DNA of 39,815 nt from positions 1 through 39,815 of the forward strand of contig CAXRBM010000082.1 of assembly GCA_964228675.1 (NCBI GenBank), in the 5' to 3' direction. A program made the translations under genes and the position numbers. Below are positions 1 to 10,665 of this stretch, in pieces. Below the pieces are notes generated by a model. That model searched no databases. It worked only from the letters and a program-made list of their open reading frames with translations, and was not told where the DNA came from. How positions within the stretch are numbered: position 1 is the first letter of the stretch; the number at the start of each line of letters is the position of its first letter. The stretch is from Gemmatimonadaceae bacterium. Lineage in GTDB: Bacteria > Gemmatimonadota > Gemmatimonadetes > Gemmatimonadales > Gemmatimonadaceae.

Positions 1-349
1 CCGGTTTCGATTATGTGGGTGGCTCCATGGCTGCGCGCCCAGGTCCTCGGGTCCCTGGTAAAACCCTCGGGAACTGTACAACTGCGAACAACAACTTCGC
101 TCTCGCTGCGTAAGGCCTAGCCTTACCCCAGCAGTGCCCACGTCGTAGCCCGCCCGGGGCGACACATGGGTATCGCAAATCTGGGCTGGTCCGACGGTGC
201 GTTCACCATCGAAGGACGAGACTCTCGTGGACTCATTCGACCGTGGGCGGCCTGTCGGCCAGCGGTCGGAGACATCAATCGACAGGATACGCGCGTAGAC
301 GCTGTGGAAGATCTCATGTAAGACGGGAGTTCGAATCTCCCCGCCTCCA
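1..349 (+). ncRNA. ssrA: tmRNA (5' end truncated by window edge)
   Basis: Starts CCGGTTTCGA as in tmRNA 5' domains. Tag reading frame 84-113 is GCG AAC AAC AAC TTC GCT CTC GCT GCG TAA (ANNNFALAA*). 3' T-arm GGGAGTTCGAATCTCCC and acceptor strand CGCCTCC-A at 342-349. Confidence 0.96.
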
Positions 350-355
350 CTCGAT

Positions 356-970
356 ATGTGGACCCCAAGTCATATCCTCGTGCTCCTGCTCGGCATCACC
401 GCTCCGGCGGTGGTGGCGGGGCAGGAGCGTGCGACCAGTTCCACGGCCACCACGGCGACGGCGTCGCGGCCCAGTGAGGCGGACATCGCCTTCATCCAAG
501 GGATGATCGCCCATCACGCCCAGGCGGTGGAGATGGTGGCCCTCGTCCCGCAGCGGACCACGCGGCGCGAGATTCAGTTGATCGCCGAGCGGATCGATGT
601 CTCGCAGCGTGATGAGATCGTCTGGATGCGCAACTGGCTCGCCGACCATCAGATCCCCGCGGCTGAAGGGCAGGGCACACACGACCATGCCGCGATGGGG
701 CATGTGCGTCTGCCGGGGATGCTCTCGCCTGACGCGATGGCGGCACTCGCGCGTGCCACCGGACGCGAGTTCGAGCGACGCTTCCTCGAAGGGATGATCG
801 CGCATCACGAGGGCGCGCTGGCGATGGTCGCGGCCCTCTTCGGGTCGCAGAATGCGGCGCAGCGCTCGGAGATCTTCGGATTCGCGAGCGATGTCGATGC
901 GGATCAGCGTGCGGAGATCGCGCGCATGCGGAAGGTGTTGGCCGCGCTTACCGCGCCGACGGCTCCCTGA
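356..970 (+). CDS. DUF305 family (ferritin-like) secreted protein
   Basis: N-terminal signal-peptide-like stretch; two repeats of F(I/L)xGMIxHHxxAxxM; Q..EI..M motifs. Confidence 0.88.
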   Translation: MWTPSHILVLLLGITAPAVVAGQERATSSTATTATASRPSEADIAFIQGMIAHHAQAVEMVALVPQRTTRREIQLIAERIDVSQRDEIVWMRNWLADHQIPAAEGQGTHDHAAMGHVRLPGMLSPDAMAALARATGREFERRFLEGMIAHHEGALAMVAALFGSQNAAQRSEIFGFASDVDADQRAEIARMRKVLAALTAPTAP

Positions 971-1829
971 GCCGTATCAATCCCTCCTGCGCCACCGAGG
1001 CCACCAAGACACCCTCTCGGGTGAAGACCTCGCCGCGCACGAATCCTCGTGCCCCGGCGGTCGACGGCGCATCGCAGACATAGAGGAGCCACTCGTCCGC
1101 ACGGAACGGACGATGCAGCCAGATGGTGTGATCGAGTGAGGCGATGAGCACTCTCGTGTCACGCGTCCCGATACCATGTGGGCGGAGGGCTGTCGGGAGG
1201 AAGCCGTAGTCGGATGCATACGCGAGGACGGCCTGATGGAGTATCGGGGCGTCAGCGATCGGCTCCACCACACGAAACCACACCTGACGACGGGCCGCAT
1301 CGGGGCCCGTGGGCGTGGGCCGCTCGAAGGGATCGCGCGGGGTGATCGAGCGGACGTCGATGGGGCGATCCTGCGTCCAGATCGCCCGGACGGGGGCTGG
1401 GAGCTTGTCGGCCTGCGCTCGGATCAACTCGAGCTCCGACGTCAGTGACTCCGGCGGCGGGACCTCGGGCATCGCGACCTGATGCGAGAGACCGGACTCC
1501 TCGAGATGGAACGACGCCGAGAGGTGGAAGATCGCCTCGCCATGCTGGATGGCGGTGACGCGACGGCTGGTGAAGCTCCGGCCATCGCGGGGCCGATCGA
1601 CGAAGTAGACGATCGGCGTGGTGAGATCCCCCTCGCGGAGGAAGTACCCATGGACCGAATGCGCCTCGCGTCCCTCGGGGACCGTCTTGCGCGCGGCCAC
1701 CAAGGCCTGGGCGAAGACCTGCCCGCCGAAGACGCGGCCCGTGCCGAGGTCGCGATTGCGTCCGCGGTAGATGTTGTGTTCGAGCGGCTCGAGTTCGAGT
1801 AGCGAGAGGAGTTCCTGGACGACGCTCAT
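948..1829 (-). CDS. tesB: acyl-CoA thioesterase II
   Basis: LLxLExLExNIYRG, RVFGGQV, HSVHGYFL, RDGRSF, LAYASD, ASLDH, SVAQEGLIR motifs. Confidence 0.93.
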   Translation of the reverse strand: MSVVQELLSLLELEPLEHNIYRGRNRDLGTGRVFGGQVFAQALVAARKTVPEGREAHSVHGYFLREGDLTTPIVYFVDRPRDGRSFTSRRVTAIQHGEAIFHLSASFHLEESGLSHQVAMPEVPPPESLTSELELIRAQADKLPAPVRAIWTQDRPIDVRSITPRDPFERPTPTGPDAARRQVWFRVVEPIADAPILHQAVLAYASDYGFLPTALRPHGIGTRDTRVLIASLDHTIWLHRPFRADEWLLYVCDAPSTAGARGFVRGEVFTREGVLVASVAQEGLIRLREPSAR

Positions 1830-1850
1830 CGGGGGGCGTGCGACAGAGGG

Positions 1851-4511
1851 TTACGCGCCGACGGCCTGCGCGGCGGCGAGCCGCGCGATCGGGACGCGGA
1901 AGGGGGAGCAGCTCACGTAATCGAGCCCGGTCTGATGACAGAACTTCACGGAGCGGGGCTCGCCGCCATGCTCGCCGCAGATCCCCACCTTGAGGCCCGC
2001 CCGCGCCCCGCGCCCCGCCGTCGTCGCCATGGTGATCAGCTGGCCGACCCCGTCGACATCGAGGACCTGGAAGGGGTCATCCTGATAGATCCCCTGCGCC
2101 ACATAGTGTGGGAGGAATCGGCCCGCATCATCGCGACTGAGGCCGAGGGTGGTCTGCGTGAGGTCGTTCGTCCCGAAGGAGAAGAACTCTGCCGCGCCGG
2201 CGATCTGCGCCGCGGTCAACGCGGCACGCGGGAGCTCGATCATCGTGCCGACGAGGAATTTCACATGCAGGCCATGGGCTTGGAACTCCTCCGCGGCGAC
2301 CCGGTCAACGATCGCCCGCTGATGCGAGAACTCCTTGACCGTCGAGACGAGGGGGATCATGACCTCGGGGAGGACGATCATCCCGCGGCGGACGCAGGCG
2401 ACCGCCGCCTCGAAGATCGCGCGGGCCTGCATCTCCGTGATCTCGGGATAGGTGACGCCAAGGCGGCAGCCGCGATGGCCGAGCATCGGGTTCGTCTCCC
2501 GGAGGGTCTCGACGACGCGCATGAGGTCGCGCCGGGTGAGGCCGACGCGCCGGGCGAGGAGCTTGGCCTCCTCACCGCCATGCGGGAGGAACTCATGGAG
2601 CGGGGGATCGAGCAGGCGGATGGTCACGGGAAAGCCGTCCATCGCCGCGAAGATCCCCTCGAAGTCCTCGCGCTGCATCGGCAGGAGCTTCGCCAGCGCG
2701 CGCCGACGCCCCATCTCATCGTGCGCGACGATCATCTCCCGCATGGCGTGGATGCGGTCGCCATCGAAGAACATATGTTCGGTGCGGCAGAGCCCGATCC
2801 CCTCGGCGCCGAACCCGCGGGCCACCTGGGCATCGTGCGGGGTATCGGCGTTGGCGCGCACCTTGAGGCGGCGGCGGGCATCGGCCCACCCTAAGAGCTC
2901 GGCGAAGCCACGATAGACCGGCGACTCGTCGGCCTTTCGCGTCCCAGCATTCACCTGCATCACCTCGCTCGGCATCGTCGGGAGATCGCCGACGAAGACC
3001 TCACCGGTCCCGCCATCGAGGGTGATCCAGTCGCCTTCATGGATCTCGGTCTCGCCCACGAGGAAGCGCTTGTTGCTCAGGTCGAGTTTGATGGCCGAAC
3101 ATCCGACGATGGCGCACTTGCCCATCCCGCGCGCGACGACGGCGGCGTGACTGGTCATCCCGCCGCGCGCGGTGAGGATCGCCTTCGCGGCCACCATCCC
3201 GTGGAAATCCTCCGGCGTGGTCTCGTCGCGCACGAGGATGACCGCATCGCCCTGCGCGGCACGCGCCTCGGCGGTGTCCGCATCGAAGACCGCGATCCCG
3301 CTCGCGGCACCCGGACTGGCCGGGAGACCGGCGCAGAGGGCGGTCACCTTGTTGGCGCGATCGATGACGGGATGCAGGAGCTGGTCGAGCTGGTGCGCCG
3401 GCACACGCTGCAGCGCCTCGGGGCGGGAGATGAGCCCCTCGTTCACGAGGTCGCAGGCGATGCGCACCGCGGCGGCCGCCGTTCGCTTCCCCGTGCGGGT
3501 CTGCAGGAGGTAGAGCGTCCCGCGCTCGACGGTGAACTCGAGGTCCTGCATGTCGCGGAAGTGCCGCTCGAGGAGGGACTGCGTGCGGAGGAGGTCCTGA
3601 TAGGCCTGCGGGAGCCGCGTCGCCATCTCCTCGATCGGGAGGGGGGTGCGGATGCCCGCGACGACGTCCTCGCCCTGCGCATTGACGAGGAATTCCCCGT
3701 AGAACCGCCGGGCGCCCGTCGAGGGGTCCCGCGTGAAGGCGACGCCGGTGCCGGAGTCATCGCCGAGGTTGCCGAAGACCATCGCGACGATGTTCACCGC
3801 CGTGCCCGGGGTCTCGGGGATCCCGTTCACACGGCGATAGTCGACTGCCTTCTTGAGGGTCCATGAGCGCCAGACCGCCTCGATCGCACCCCAGAGCTGG
3901 ACCCGTGGGTCCGCGGGGAAGGGGGCACCGGTGGCGGACTGGATGAGCTGCTGATACTCGATGACGAGGGCCTTGAGCGCCTCCGCCGGCAGCTCCGCAT
4001 CGGTCTTCACGCCATTCACGAGGCGCTTGGCGGCCAGCAGATGCTCAAAGTCATGCATCGGCACCCCGAGCACCACATCCCCGTACATCTGCAGGAGGCG
4101 GCGGTACGAGTCGTAGGCGAAGCGGGCGTTCCCGCTCTGGGTCTCGAGCCCGAGGACGGTCTCGTCGGTGAGGCCGAGGTTGAGGATCGTCTCCATCATC
4201 CCGGGCATCGAGACGCGGGCGCCGGAGCGGACCGAGACGAGCAGGGGGTTGTGACGGTCGCCGAAGCGTCGGCCGGTCGCCCCCTCGAGCCGGGTGAGCG
4301 CGCGCTCCACCTCATCGCGCAGCCCCTCCGGTGCCTTCCCATGGGTGAGATAGTGATCGCAGAGGGGGCACCCGATGGTGAACCCGGGGGGCACGGGGAC
4401 CCCGAGGTTCGTCATCTCCGCGAGATTCGCCCCCTTCCCGCCAAGGAGGTCCTTGTCGTCCTTGGTGCCCTCGGCGGAGCCGTTTCCGAAGAAGAAGACG
4501 GATTGCTGCAC
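1851..4511 (-). CDS. ppdK: pyruvate, phosphate dikinase
   Basis: LGGKGANLAEM, PLLVSVRSGA, GGMTSHAAVVARG (phospho-His), GIGLCRTEHMF, FSFGTNDLTQ, GICGEHGG. Start placed at GTG 4511, which follows a GGAGG Shine-Dalgarno, rather than ATG 4529. Confidence 0.97.
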   Translation of the reverse strand: MQQSVFFFGNGSAEGTKDDKDLLGGKGANLAEMTNLGVPVPPGFTIGCPLCDHYLTHGKAPEGLRDEVERALTRLEGATGRRFGDRHNPLLVSVRSGARVSMPGMMETILNLGLTDETVLGLETQSGNARFAYDSYRRLLQMYGDVVLGVPMHDFEHLLAAKRLVNGVKTDAELPAEALKALVIEYQQLIQSATGAPFPADPRVQLWGAIEAVWRSWTLKKAVDYRRVNGIPETPGTAVNIVAMVFGNLGDDSGTGVAFTRDPSTGARRFYGEFLVNAQGEDVVAGIRTPLPIEEMATRLPQAYQDLLRTQSLLERHFRDMQDLEFTVERGTLYLLQTRTGKRTAAAAVRIACDLVNEGLISRPEALQRVPAHQLDQLLHPVIDRANKVTALCAGLPASPGAASGIAVFDADTAEARAAQGDAVILVRDETTPEDFHGMVAAKAILTARGGMTSHAAVVARGMGKCAIVGCSAIKLDLSNKRFLVGETEIHEGDWITLDGGTGEVFVGDLPTMPSEVMQVNAGTRKADESPVYRGFAELLGWADARRRLKVRANADTPHDAQVARGFGAEGIGLCRTEHMFFDGDRIHAMREMIVAHDEMGRRRALAKLLPMQREDFEGIFAAMDGFPVTIRLLDPPLHEFLPHGGEEAKLLARRVGLTRRDLMRVVETLRETNPMLGHRGCRLGVTYPEITEMQARAIFEAAVACVRRGMIVLPEVMIPLVSTVKEFSHQRAIVDRVAAEEFQAHGLHVKFLVGTMIELPRAALTAAQIAGAAEFFSFGTNDLTQTTLGLSRDDAGRFLPHYVAQGIYQDDPFQVLDVDGVGQLITMATTAGRGARAGLKVGICGEHGGEPRSVKFCHQTGLDYVSCSPFRVPIARLAAAQAVGA

Positions 4512-4547
4512 TGCGAACCTCCGCCTCATGGCGGCACGGGGCCGATC

Positions 4548-5921
4548 CTAGCCGAGGCGGAGCTTCTCGGGGACGGTCGGCGGCTGGGTGGGGTACTGGC
4601 CCGAGAAGCAGGCGTGACAGAAGCCCGAAGGGCCATCGGGGACCGACCCCAACATCCCCTCGAGGGAGATGTAGCCCAGCGAGTCCACGCCGATCCGTCG
4701 AGCGATCTCCTCGACCGAATGATTGGCGGCGATCAGCTGTTCCCGATCGGGCGTGTCGATCCCGTAATAACAGGGCCCGGTGATCGGGGGGGAGGAGACG
4801 CGCATGTGGACCTCGCGGGCCCCGGCGGCTCGGACGAGGGCGACGAGCCCGCGCGTCGTCGTCCCACGCACGATCGAATCGTCGACCATCACCACCGACT
4901 TGCCGGCGAGGATCTCGCGGACGGCGTTGTACTTGACCTTCACCTTTTCGTCGCGCCCCTGCTGGGTGGGCTGGATGAAGGTGCGCCCCACGTAGTGATT
5001 GCGGATCAGCGCGAGCTCGAGCGGCAGGCCACTCGCCTCGGCGAACCCCAGGGCCGCCGAGTTGGAGGAGTCCGGGACCGAGAAGACGAAGTCCGCCCCT
5101 GGCGCGGGGTGCTCCTGGGCCAGCCGACGCCCGAGGGCCCGGCGGGCGCGGTCCACCGACCCGCCGAAGACGCGAGAGTCTGGACGGGCGAAGTAGACGT
5201 ACTCGAAGACACAGCGACGCGGCTCCGCCGGCGCTGACATCTGGATGGTGCGCACGGCTCCATCGGGCTCCACGGCGACGATCTCGCCCGGCGCGATCTC
5301 ACGTTCGATCGTCGCGCCGACGATGTCGAGGGCGCAGCTCTCCGAGGCGAAGACCCTCGCCCCGTTCAGGCGGCCCATCACGAGCGGGCGCCAGCCCAGC
5401 GGGTCCCGCGCCGCGACGAGGGTATCGCCGATGATCACGAGGAGGGAGTACGCCCCTTCGATTCCATTGAGCGCCTCGGCGAGCTTCTCCTCCGGACGCT
5501 CGGCCTTCGCGCGTGCCAGGCGATGGACTATGACCTCGGAGTCCATCGTGGAGCTGAAGATCGACCCTTCCTCCTCGAGTGACCGCCGCACCTCGGTGGC
5601 GTTCGTGAGGTTCCCATTGTGTGCGAGGGCGATGTGCCCCCCCCTGAACCGCACGAGCGCCGGCTGGGCATTCTCGATCGTGCTCGACCCGGCGGTGGAG
5701 TATCGCGTATGGCCGATCGCGACGGGGCCAGCCAGGGTGCGCATCGACTCCGCCGAGAACTTGTCGGAGACGAGCCCCATGGCGCGGAGGACGTTCACCG
5801 CACCGTCCTTCACGGCGACGATCCCCGCCGACTCCTGGCCGCGGTGTTGGAGCGAGTAGAGCCCGAGGTGGGTGAGGCCCGCCGCATCGGCGTGCCCGGA
5901 GATGCCAAAGATGCCACACAT
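4548..5921 (-). CDS. purF: amidophosphoribosyltransferase
   Basis: N-terminal MCGIFG nucleophile Cys, LQHRGQESAG, PRPP motif VDDSIVRGTT, Fe-S cysteines (CVFE, PCYYG, FCHACF). Confidence 0.97.
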   Translation of the reverse strand: MCGIFGISGHADAAGLTHLGLYSLQHRGQESAGIVAVKDGAVNVLRAMGLVSDKFSAESMRTLAGPVAIGHTRYSTAGSSTIENAQPALVRFRGGHIALAHNGNLTNATEVRRSLEEEGSIFSSTMDSEVIVHRLARAKAERPEEKLAEALNGIEGAYSLLVIIGDTLVAARDPLGWRPLVMGRLNGARVFASESCALDIVGATIEREIAPGEIVAVEPDGAVRTIQMSAPAEPRRCVFEYVYFARPDSRVFGGSVDRARRALGRRLAQEHPAPGADFVFSVPDSSNSAALGFAEASGLPLELALIRNHYVGRTFIQPTQQGRDEKVKVKYNAVREILAGKSVVMVDDSIVRGTTTRGLVALVRAAGAREVHMRVSSPPITGPCYYGIDTPDREQLIAANHSVEEIARRIGVDSLGYISLEGMLGSVPDGPSGFCHACFSGQYPTQPPTVPEKLRLG

Positions 5922-8254
5922 CAGCGCGTCCCTCCGCCCGTCTCCGTCACCGTCTCGGCGGCGGCACGCGCCATCGCGCGCGGGATCGCCTCATGGTAGG
6001 CGGAGGCGAGGCGGTCGATCGTAGCGGTGCAGGTGCCGTGTGCGGTGGTGATGGTGAGGCCCTCGCCAGCGGCCGTCACCGCGCCGATCACCTGCGCCGG
6101 AACGCCGTGGCGTTTTGCGATCGCGAGCACCGCCTCCGGATGCGCCGTGGAGACCACGATGCGCCCCTGCGCCTCCCCGAAAAGGAGGGCGCGGGTGGGA
6201 AGCTCACCCCATGCCGTGAGGTCGATGCTGGCCCCGGTCGCGCGGGCACGGTCCCCCATGCACGATTCGGCGATCGCGACGGCGAGCCCACCCTCGGAGC
6301 AGTCATGTGCCGAGCGCACCTGGCCGGCGCGGATCGCCTCGAGGATCGTCCCGATCAGGGCCCGCTCGCGGTCGAGGTCGCAGTGCGGCGGCGCACCGGC
6401 CACGACGCCATGGATCCAGCTGAGATACTCGGAGCCGCCCAGCTCATCGGTGTGCTCACCGAGAAGGACGATGGCGTCGCCGGGGGTGGTGAAGGTCATG
6501 CGAGTGGCATGCGCGGCGTCGTCGAGCACGCCGACCATCCCGATCGTCGGGGTGGGGTAGACCGCCCCCTGCGGGTTCTCGTTGTAGAGCGAGACGTTGC
6601 CACCCGTGACCGGGGTCTCGAGGGCTCGGCAGGCGTCGCCCATCCCGTAGACCGCCTCACGGAACTGGAAGAAGACCTCGGGCTTCTTCGGGTTCCCGAA
6701 GTTCAGGCAGTTGGTGATGGCCCGTGGGGTCGCCCCCGTGCAGGCCACGTTGCGCGCCGCCTCGGCGACGGCGATCCGCCCCCCGACGCGCGGGTCGAGA
6801 TAGACGTAGCGTCCGTTGCAGTCGGTCTTCACCGCGATCGCCTTATTGGTGCCACGGATGCGGATCACCGCCGCGTCGCCCGCACCGGGGCCGCTGACCG
6901 TCCCCGTGCGCACCGTGGAGTCGTACTGCCGATGGATCCAGTGCTTGCTCGCGATCGTCGGTGACTGCAATAGTCGCTCGAGGGTCCAAGCCGGATCGGA
7001 CTCCTCGGCCTTGGGTGCGATCGCCGAGACGTCACGCGTGCGACGGGCGATGGCCTCCGCGCTCTCGCGGGCCTCGGGGTGGTACTGCGGGCACTCGGTG
7101 ACGAGACGCGTGCCCGGGAACTCGGCGACGATGCGATCGCCCTCCGTCACGCGATAGACCGGCTCGGCGATCACCTCGCCGATCACCTCGGCGACGAGAT
7201 CCCACTTGGCGAGGATCGCCTGCACCTCGGCCTCATGGCCGCGCTTGGCGACGACGAGCATCCGCTCCTGTGATTCGCTGAGGAGAATCTCGTACGGGGT
7301 CATCCCCGTCTCGCGGACCGGGACCTTGGTGGTGTCGATCGTGACGCCGACGTCCCCACGCTCTGCCATCTCGGCGCTGCTGGAGGTGAGCCCCGCGGCG
7401 CCCATGTCCTGGATCGCGACGATATGCCCGCTGCGGATGAGCTCGAGCGAGGCCTCGAGGAGGAGCTTCTCGGTGAAGGGATCCCCCACCTGCACGCGCG
7501 GGCGTTTGGCCTCGTTCTCGTCGGACAGATCCTCCGAGGCGAAGGAGGCGCCATGGATCCCATCCCGTCCGGTCCGCGCCCCGACCGCGATGATCGAGTT
7601 GCCAACCCCTTCGGCCTTCGCGCGGATCAGCTCGTCCTCGCGCAGGAGCCCGACGCACATCGCGTTCACGAGGGGATTGCCCTCATAGGCGGGGTCGAAC
7701 ATCACATCACCCGCCACCGTGGGGATGCCGACGCAGTTGCCGTAATCGCCGATCCCCTTCACGACGCCGGCGACGAGGTAGCGTACGCGTGGGGTCTCGA
7801 GCGAACCGAAGCGGAGTGAGTTGAGCATCGCGATCGGGCGCGCGCCCATGGTGAAGACGTCACGCAGGATGCCGCCGACACCGGTCGCGGCACCCTGGTA
7901 GGGCTCGACCGCCGAGGGGTGGTTGTGCGACTCGATCTTGAAGGCGATGGCGAGGCCGTCGCCGATGGAGATGACGCCCGCGTTCTCCCCGGGCCCCTGC
8001 AGGACCCAGGGGGCCTGCGTCGGTAGCGTCTTCAAGACGGGGCGCGAGTGCTTGTAGGAGCAGTGCTCGCTCCAAAGCGCACTGATGATCCCCAGTTCGG
8101 TGAAGGTGGGGGTGCGCTCGAGCATCCGCTCCAGGCGGCCGTACTCGTCCATCGTGAGGCCATGCTCGGCGACGAGGGCCGGCGTGATCGTCGGATCGCC
8201 GGGGCGGGGGTGAGCACCGGGAGAGGCCGAAGGCGGGGTCCGCTGGGCGGTCAT
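5921..8254 (-). CDS. purL: phosphoribosylformylglycinamidine synthase subunit PurL (small type)
   Basis: [49 protein letters not shown]. Confidence 0.97.
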   Translation of the reverse strand: MTAQRTPPSASPGAHPRPGDPTITPALVAEHGLTMDEYGRLERMLERTPTFTELGIISALWSEHCSYKHSRPVLKTLPTQAPWVLQGPGENAGVISIGDGLAIAFKIESHNHPSAVEPYQGAATGVGGILRDVFTMGARPIAMLNSLRFGSLETPRVRYLVAGVVKGIGDYGNCVGIPTVAGDVMFDPAYEGNPLVNAMCVGLLREDELIRAKAEGVGNSIIAVGARTGRDGIHGASFASEDLSDENEAKRPRVQVGDPFTEKLLLEASLELIRSGHIVAIQDMGAAGLTSSSAEMAERGDVGVTIDTTKVPVRETGMTPYEILLSESQERMLVVAKRGHEAEVQAILAKWDLVAEVIGEVIAEPVYRVTEGDRIVAEFPGTRLVTECPQYHPEARESAEAIARRTRDVSAIAPKAEESDPAWTLERLLQSPTIASKHWIHRQYDSTVRTGTVSGPGAGDAAVIRIRGTNKAIAVKTDCNGRYVYLDPRVGGRIAVAEAARNVACTGATPRAITNCLNFGNPKKPEVFFQFREAVYGMGDACRALETPVTGGNVSLYNENPQGAVYPTPTIGMVGVLDDAAHATRMTFTTPGDAIVLLGEHTDELGGSEYLSWIHGVVAGAPPHCDLDRERALIGTILEAIRAGQVRSAHDCSEGGLAVAIAESCMGDRARATGASIDLTAWGELPTRALLFGEAQGRIVVSTAHPEAVLAIAKRHGVPAQVIGAVTAAGEGLTITTAHGTCTATIDRLASAYHEAIPRAMARAAAETVTETGGGTR

Positions 8255-8274
8255 GAACTGGGAGTCGGAGAGGA

Positions 8275-8967
8275 TCAGGCCGTGGTGAGGGCCAGCAACG
8301 AGCGAAAGAGGACGAGGCCGTCGGTGGAACCGAGGAGCGGGTCGAGCGCGCGCTCGGGGTGCGGCATGAGCCCCACGACGGTACCGGTGGCGTTGGAGAC
8401 GCCGGCGATGTTGCGGAGCGAGCCGTTGGGGTTCGCGGCCGCGGTGGGGTGACCCGCAGCGTCGACATAGCGGAAGACCACCTGGCCCTCTCCCTCGAGG
8501 CGGTCAAGCGTCGCCTCGTCGGCGGAGTAGCGCCCATCGCCATGGGCGATCGGCATCGTCAGGAGCGCACCTTTCGACGTCTCGCGGGTGAAGACGGTGG
8601 CGGTCGACTCGACCCGTAGCGTCACCGGCATCGAGCGGAATTGCAGGTGGTCGTTGCGGAGGAGGCCGCCCGGGAGCAGCCCCGCCTCGCAGGCGATCTG
8701 GAACCCGTTGCAGATCCCGATGACCGGTCCGCCGCGCTTCGCGTGGGCCGCGATCTCCTGCATGATGGGCGCAAAGCGCGCGATCGCCCCTGCGCGTAGG
8801 TAGTCGCCGTAGCTGAAGCCGCCGGGGAGAATCACGACGTCGACGCCCTGCAGGTCGTGGTCCTTGTGCCAGAGGGGGATCGCCTCGAGGTGGAGATGCT
8901 CACGGATGGCGAGGAGCGCATCCTCGTCGCAGTTGGAGCCCGGGAAGGTGACGACGCCGACCTTCAT
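8275..8967 (-). CDS. purQ: FGAM synthase glutaminase subunit PurQ
   Basis: [30 protein letters not shown]. Confidence 0.97.
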   Translation of the reverse strand: MKVGVVTFPGSNCDEDALLAIREHLHLEAIPLWHKDHDLQGVDVVILPGGFSYGDYLRAGAIARFAPIMQEIAAHAKRGGPVIGICNGFQIACEAGLLPGGLLRNDHLQFRSMPVTLRVESTATVFTRETSKGALLTMPIAHGDGRYSADEATLDRLEGEGQVVFRYVDAAGHPTAAANPNGSLRNIAGVSNATGTVVGLMPHPERALDPLLGSTDGLVLFRSLLALTTA

Positions 8968-9221
8968 GCCGTGGCGATCTCCGCGATCACGAAGTCCTCG
9001 GTGACGGGATTGGCGAGGAGGCGTTCACACATCTCGCGCACCTTCGCCTGGGCGGCGGCGATATCCGCCGCCTCGAGCTCGATCACGAGCAGGCGTCCGA
9101 CATGCACGTCGCGCACCGAGGCGAATCCGAGGGTGTGCAGGGCGTCGGTGACCGCCTTCCCCTGTGGATCGAGGAGGCCGTGGCGGGGGACGATCTTGAC
9201 GCTGACGGTGAAACGGGTCAC
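8964..9221 (-). CDS. purS: FGAM synthase subunit PurS
   Basis: C-terminal part of the 253-aa track ORF: LDPQG...LLANPVTE. GTG start at 9221 overlaps the pssA stop (GTGA); about 85 aa. Confidence 0.94.
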   Translation of the reverse strand: MTRFTVSVKIVPRHGLLDPQGKAVTDALHTLGFASVRDVHVGRLLVIELEAADIAAAQAKVREMCERLLANPVTEDFVIAEIATA

Positions 9222-10018
9222 GAGCGGTGATCCTCGGTGTGGGTCGGGAGAGCTTCGGGGTGCCCCTCGGCCGACAGGGGGGACGGCAGGTCGAAGGCGC
9301 CACGGAGGAGGGCCATCACGATCCCCAACACGACGTACGAGACGCCGACGGGGAAGAAGAAGGCCTGCGGCATGACGAAGAGGGCGACGATGGAGGAGAA
9401 GAGGAGGAGGATGCCGAGCGTCCCCTCGATCGTGCGGAAGCTGAAGCGGGGCCAGGCGCGATAGGGCACGGAACTGATCATGAGGAAGCTGAGCGTGAGC
9501 ATCAGCCACCGGAGGATCGTCTCCCAGGGCCAGCCGGCGAAGAGATCGTGGTAGAGTGGGGTCTGGCTGAACCAGTAGTACGTCGCGAGGGTGCCCCCTG
9601 CCGCCGGACTCGGGAGCCCCGTGAAGTACGCCGACTTGGTCTCCTCGCCCGCCTGCTCGACGTTGAACCGCGCGAGGCGCATCACCGCGCAGGCCACGTA
9701 GAAGAAGACGAAGAGCCAATCCCACTTCGTCTTATTCAACTCGGCGAAGTAGATCATCAGGGCTGGTGCGAGGCCGAAGGAGATCGCGTCGACGAGGGAG
9801 TCGAGCTCCTCGCCGAAGGGCGAGCCAGAATTCGTCGCCCGCGCGATGCGCCCATCGATCGCATCGCAGAAGCCGCCGAGCACGATGCACCACCCCGCGA
9901 GCATGTGGTCGCCGCGCGAGGCCGAGACGATGGCGTAGATCCCGAAGAAGAGGTTCCCGAGCGTGAAGCCATTCGGGAGCATCACCATCGAGGGGCGGGG
10001 GAAGCGCCGGCGGGCCAT
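9218..10018 (-). CDS. pssA: CDP-diacylglycerol--serine O-phosphatidyltransferase
   Basis: LPNGFTLGNL, DAIDGRIAR...FGEELDSLVDAISFG (CDP-alcohol phosphotransferase motif), RLARFN, FTGLPSP; adjacent to psd. Confidence 0.93.
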   Translation of the reverse strand: MARRRFPRPSMVMLPNGFTLGNLFFGIYAIVSASRGDHMLAGWCIVLGGFCDAIDGRIARATNSGSPFGEELDSLVDAISFGLAPALMIYFAELNKTKWDWLFVFFYVACAVMRLARFNVEQAGEETKSAYFTGLPSPAAGGTLATYYWFSQTPLYHDLFAGWPWETILRWLMLTLSFLMISSVPYRAWPRFSFRTIEGTLGILLLFSSIVALFVMPQAFFFPVGVSYVVLGIVMALLRGAFDLPSPLSAEGHPEALPTHTEDHRS

Positions 10019-10665
10019 CAGGGGAGCTCCGCCAAGACCGTGACGCCGGCCTGCGGCTTCTCCCCGAGCTTCGTCTTGACGGTGCTCCCCACCGGGACGA
10101 AGACATCGACGCGGGATCCGAACCTGATCAGCCCCATCCGTTCGCCCTGCGCCGCCGAGTCGCCGACCTTCGAGTAGGTGACGATGCGACGGGCGATGAG
10201 TCCCGCGATCTGTCGGAAGAGGACCTTGTGGGGGCCGGTCTGCACCCCGACCGACATCTGCTCATTCTCGAGCGAGGCCTTGTCGGCGGCGGCGTTGATG
10301 AACTTCCCGGGGTTGTAGTGCACGTAGGCGACGGTGCCGCTCACCGGATACCGGTTCACATGGACGTTGAAGACGTTCATGAAGACGGAGATGCGGATCG
10401 CGCGCCCACCGAGGAACGACGGCTCATCGACCTCGCGGATGTCGATCACCCGGCCATCGGCCGGCGAGATGACGAGATTCGCCCCGCGCCGGCCGGTGCG
10501 CTCGGGATCACGGAAGAAGTAGGCGACCCAGAGGACGAGGAGCGTCAGGACGAAGGCGAGGAGCCAGAGGGGCCACGACCGGCGCGCGAGGGCGGCGGTG
10601 TAGCCGGCGGCGGCGAGGGCCGCCGCGATGAGGATGAAGGGGATCCCTTCGCGGGCAAAGCTCAT
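10018..10665 (-). CDS. psd: phosphatidylserine decarboxylase proenzyme
   Basis: [35 protein letters not shown] self-cleavage motif. Start at ATG 10665 overlaps the purC stop (ATGA). Confidence 0.94.
   Translation of the reverse strand: MSFAREGIPFILIAAALAAAGYTAALARRSWPLWLLAFVLTLLVLWVAYFFRDPERTGRRGANLVISPADGRVIDIREVDEPSFLGGRAIRISVFMNVFNVHVNRYPVSGTVAYVHYNPGKFINAAADKASLENEQMSVGVQTGPHKVLFRQIAGLIARRIVTYSKVGDSAAQGERMGLIRFGSRVDVFVPVGSTVKTKLGEKPQAGVTVLAELP

Noticed and set aside
322-355. Possible genomic island integrated at the tmRNA 3' end
   Set aside because: No integrase, no duplicate of the ssrA 3' end that I could see, and no compositional shift; housekeeping genes follow.
9222-9725. N-terminal extension of the 253-aa ORF containing PurS
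   Set aside because: It overlaps pssA in another frame; PurS homology starts at GTG 9221.
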